From positions 124,001 through 188,000 of IMG/VR virus record IMGVR_UViG_3300048591_000147: a DNA stretch of 64,000 bases. One strand, given 5' to 3'. Position 1 is the first letter of the stretch. Each line of letters begins with the position of its first letter. Made by a program: the position numbers and the translations under genes. The notes beneath the pieces were generated by a model. It was not told the DNA's origin and did not search any database. It saw only the letters and a program-made list of their open reading frames with translations. Shown one piece after another: positions 63,495-64,000 of the stretch.

Positions 63495-64000
63495 TTAGTT
63501 GAAAGAGCTTCCAGTACGTGAAGTACCAATATTCGCGCCAGTATTAACCACACGAACTTTCACGTAGATGAATTCTATCGCCTTCACAGGTTTAATCGCG
63601 ATATCAACGTGTAACTCGTTGTTATCAATTGTGAAAGGTGTGTTGTTATCTGTGTCAATCAACACCGCGAAGTCATATAACGCTCTACGACCTATCAAAG
63701 TACCTAAGAATCCATCGCATGCAGCCTTGACAAGATCCCATGTGATTCTATCATTTGGTTCGAACAAGTATGCGAACAACGCTTTTCTTAACTGTCTCTT
63801 GATGAATTTGGTCAAACGAACCACATTGATTCTGTCTAATGCAGAGAATGCACCATACGTAGTTTTCTGACCCATGACCAAAATTCCTCGACCCGGAATA
63901 AATGAAATTGGGTTGATATTTTTTGGAAACTCATATAGATCATCTCGTGTTCCAGTATCTAGATATTCTGATACGAAAGTTGTTGGACCACCAAGTGTTC
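63495..64000 (-). CDS. Tail sheath protein (gp18-like), C-terminal part only
   Basis: INPISF.PGRGILVMGQKT, SALDRINVVRL, LFEPND, NNTP..ID.NEL, IKPVKAIEFI. Confidence 0.95.
   Translation of the reverse strand, partial: TLGGPTTFVSEYLDTGTRDDLYEFPKNINPISFIPGRGILVMGQKTTYGAFSALDRINVVRLTKFIKRQLRKALFAYLFEPNDRITWDLVKAACDGFLGTLIGRRALYDFAVLIDTDNNTPFTIDNNELHVDIAIKPVKAIEFIYVKVRVVNTGANIGTSRTGSSFN

Noticed and set aside
1-64000. Stop-codon reassignment (alternative genetic code)
   Set aside because: Core genes (polymerase, nrdAB, thyA, rsr) are full length in the standard code and coding density is high.

Overview
This window is a gene-dense 64 kb segment of a large lytic T4-superfamily myovirus, probably a jumbo phage, read in the standard genetic code. 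No rRNA, CRISPR array, integrase or transposase was seen. (1) 1-6.65 kb is a GC-rich, all-plus-strand block of small early/host-takeover genes, nearly each with its own sigma70-type promoter. Six of these promoters replace the -35 box with an 11-bp-period direct repeat, GTTCAG-N5-GTTCAG, exactly 10 nt before the -10 box; this matches the Pseudomonas PhoP box and OmpR-family geometry. The same block holds five copies of an unexplained ~19-bp intergenic motif (AAAATGGGTGCGTGGTCGG) and a pair of palindromic operators. (2) At ~6.65-6.95 kb a repeat-rich non-coding junction marks an abrupt switch to AT-rich DNA. (3) 7-31 kb is an accessory region with RNA/translation upkeep genes (CCA-adding enzyme, peptide deformylase, RNA ligase, metallophosphoesterase, Ro60/TROVE, tRNA-Gly, tRNA-Ser), NrdAB, and many small late-promoter (TAAATA) genes with T4 capsid-targeting-like N-termini. 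(4) 31.6-49.6 kb has two glycosyltransferase/methyltransferase clusters (Maf-like, GT8-like, HtrL/YibB, PLOD-type GT, GT10 fucosyltransferase-like, Gnt1-type GlcNAc transferase) bracketing virion genes, one of which has a ~100-aa mucin-like Thr/Pro stalk; thyA and a nucleotidyltransferase also lie here. (5) 50-64 kb carries the replication core (5'-3' exonuclease, clamp, family B polymerase, DsbA-like) and head/tail genes (gp4-like nuclease, tail tube, partial tail sheath). All protein assignments come from motif recognition by eye; no database searches were run.
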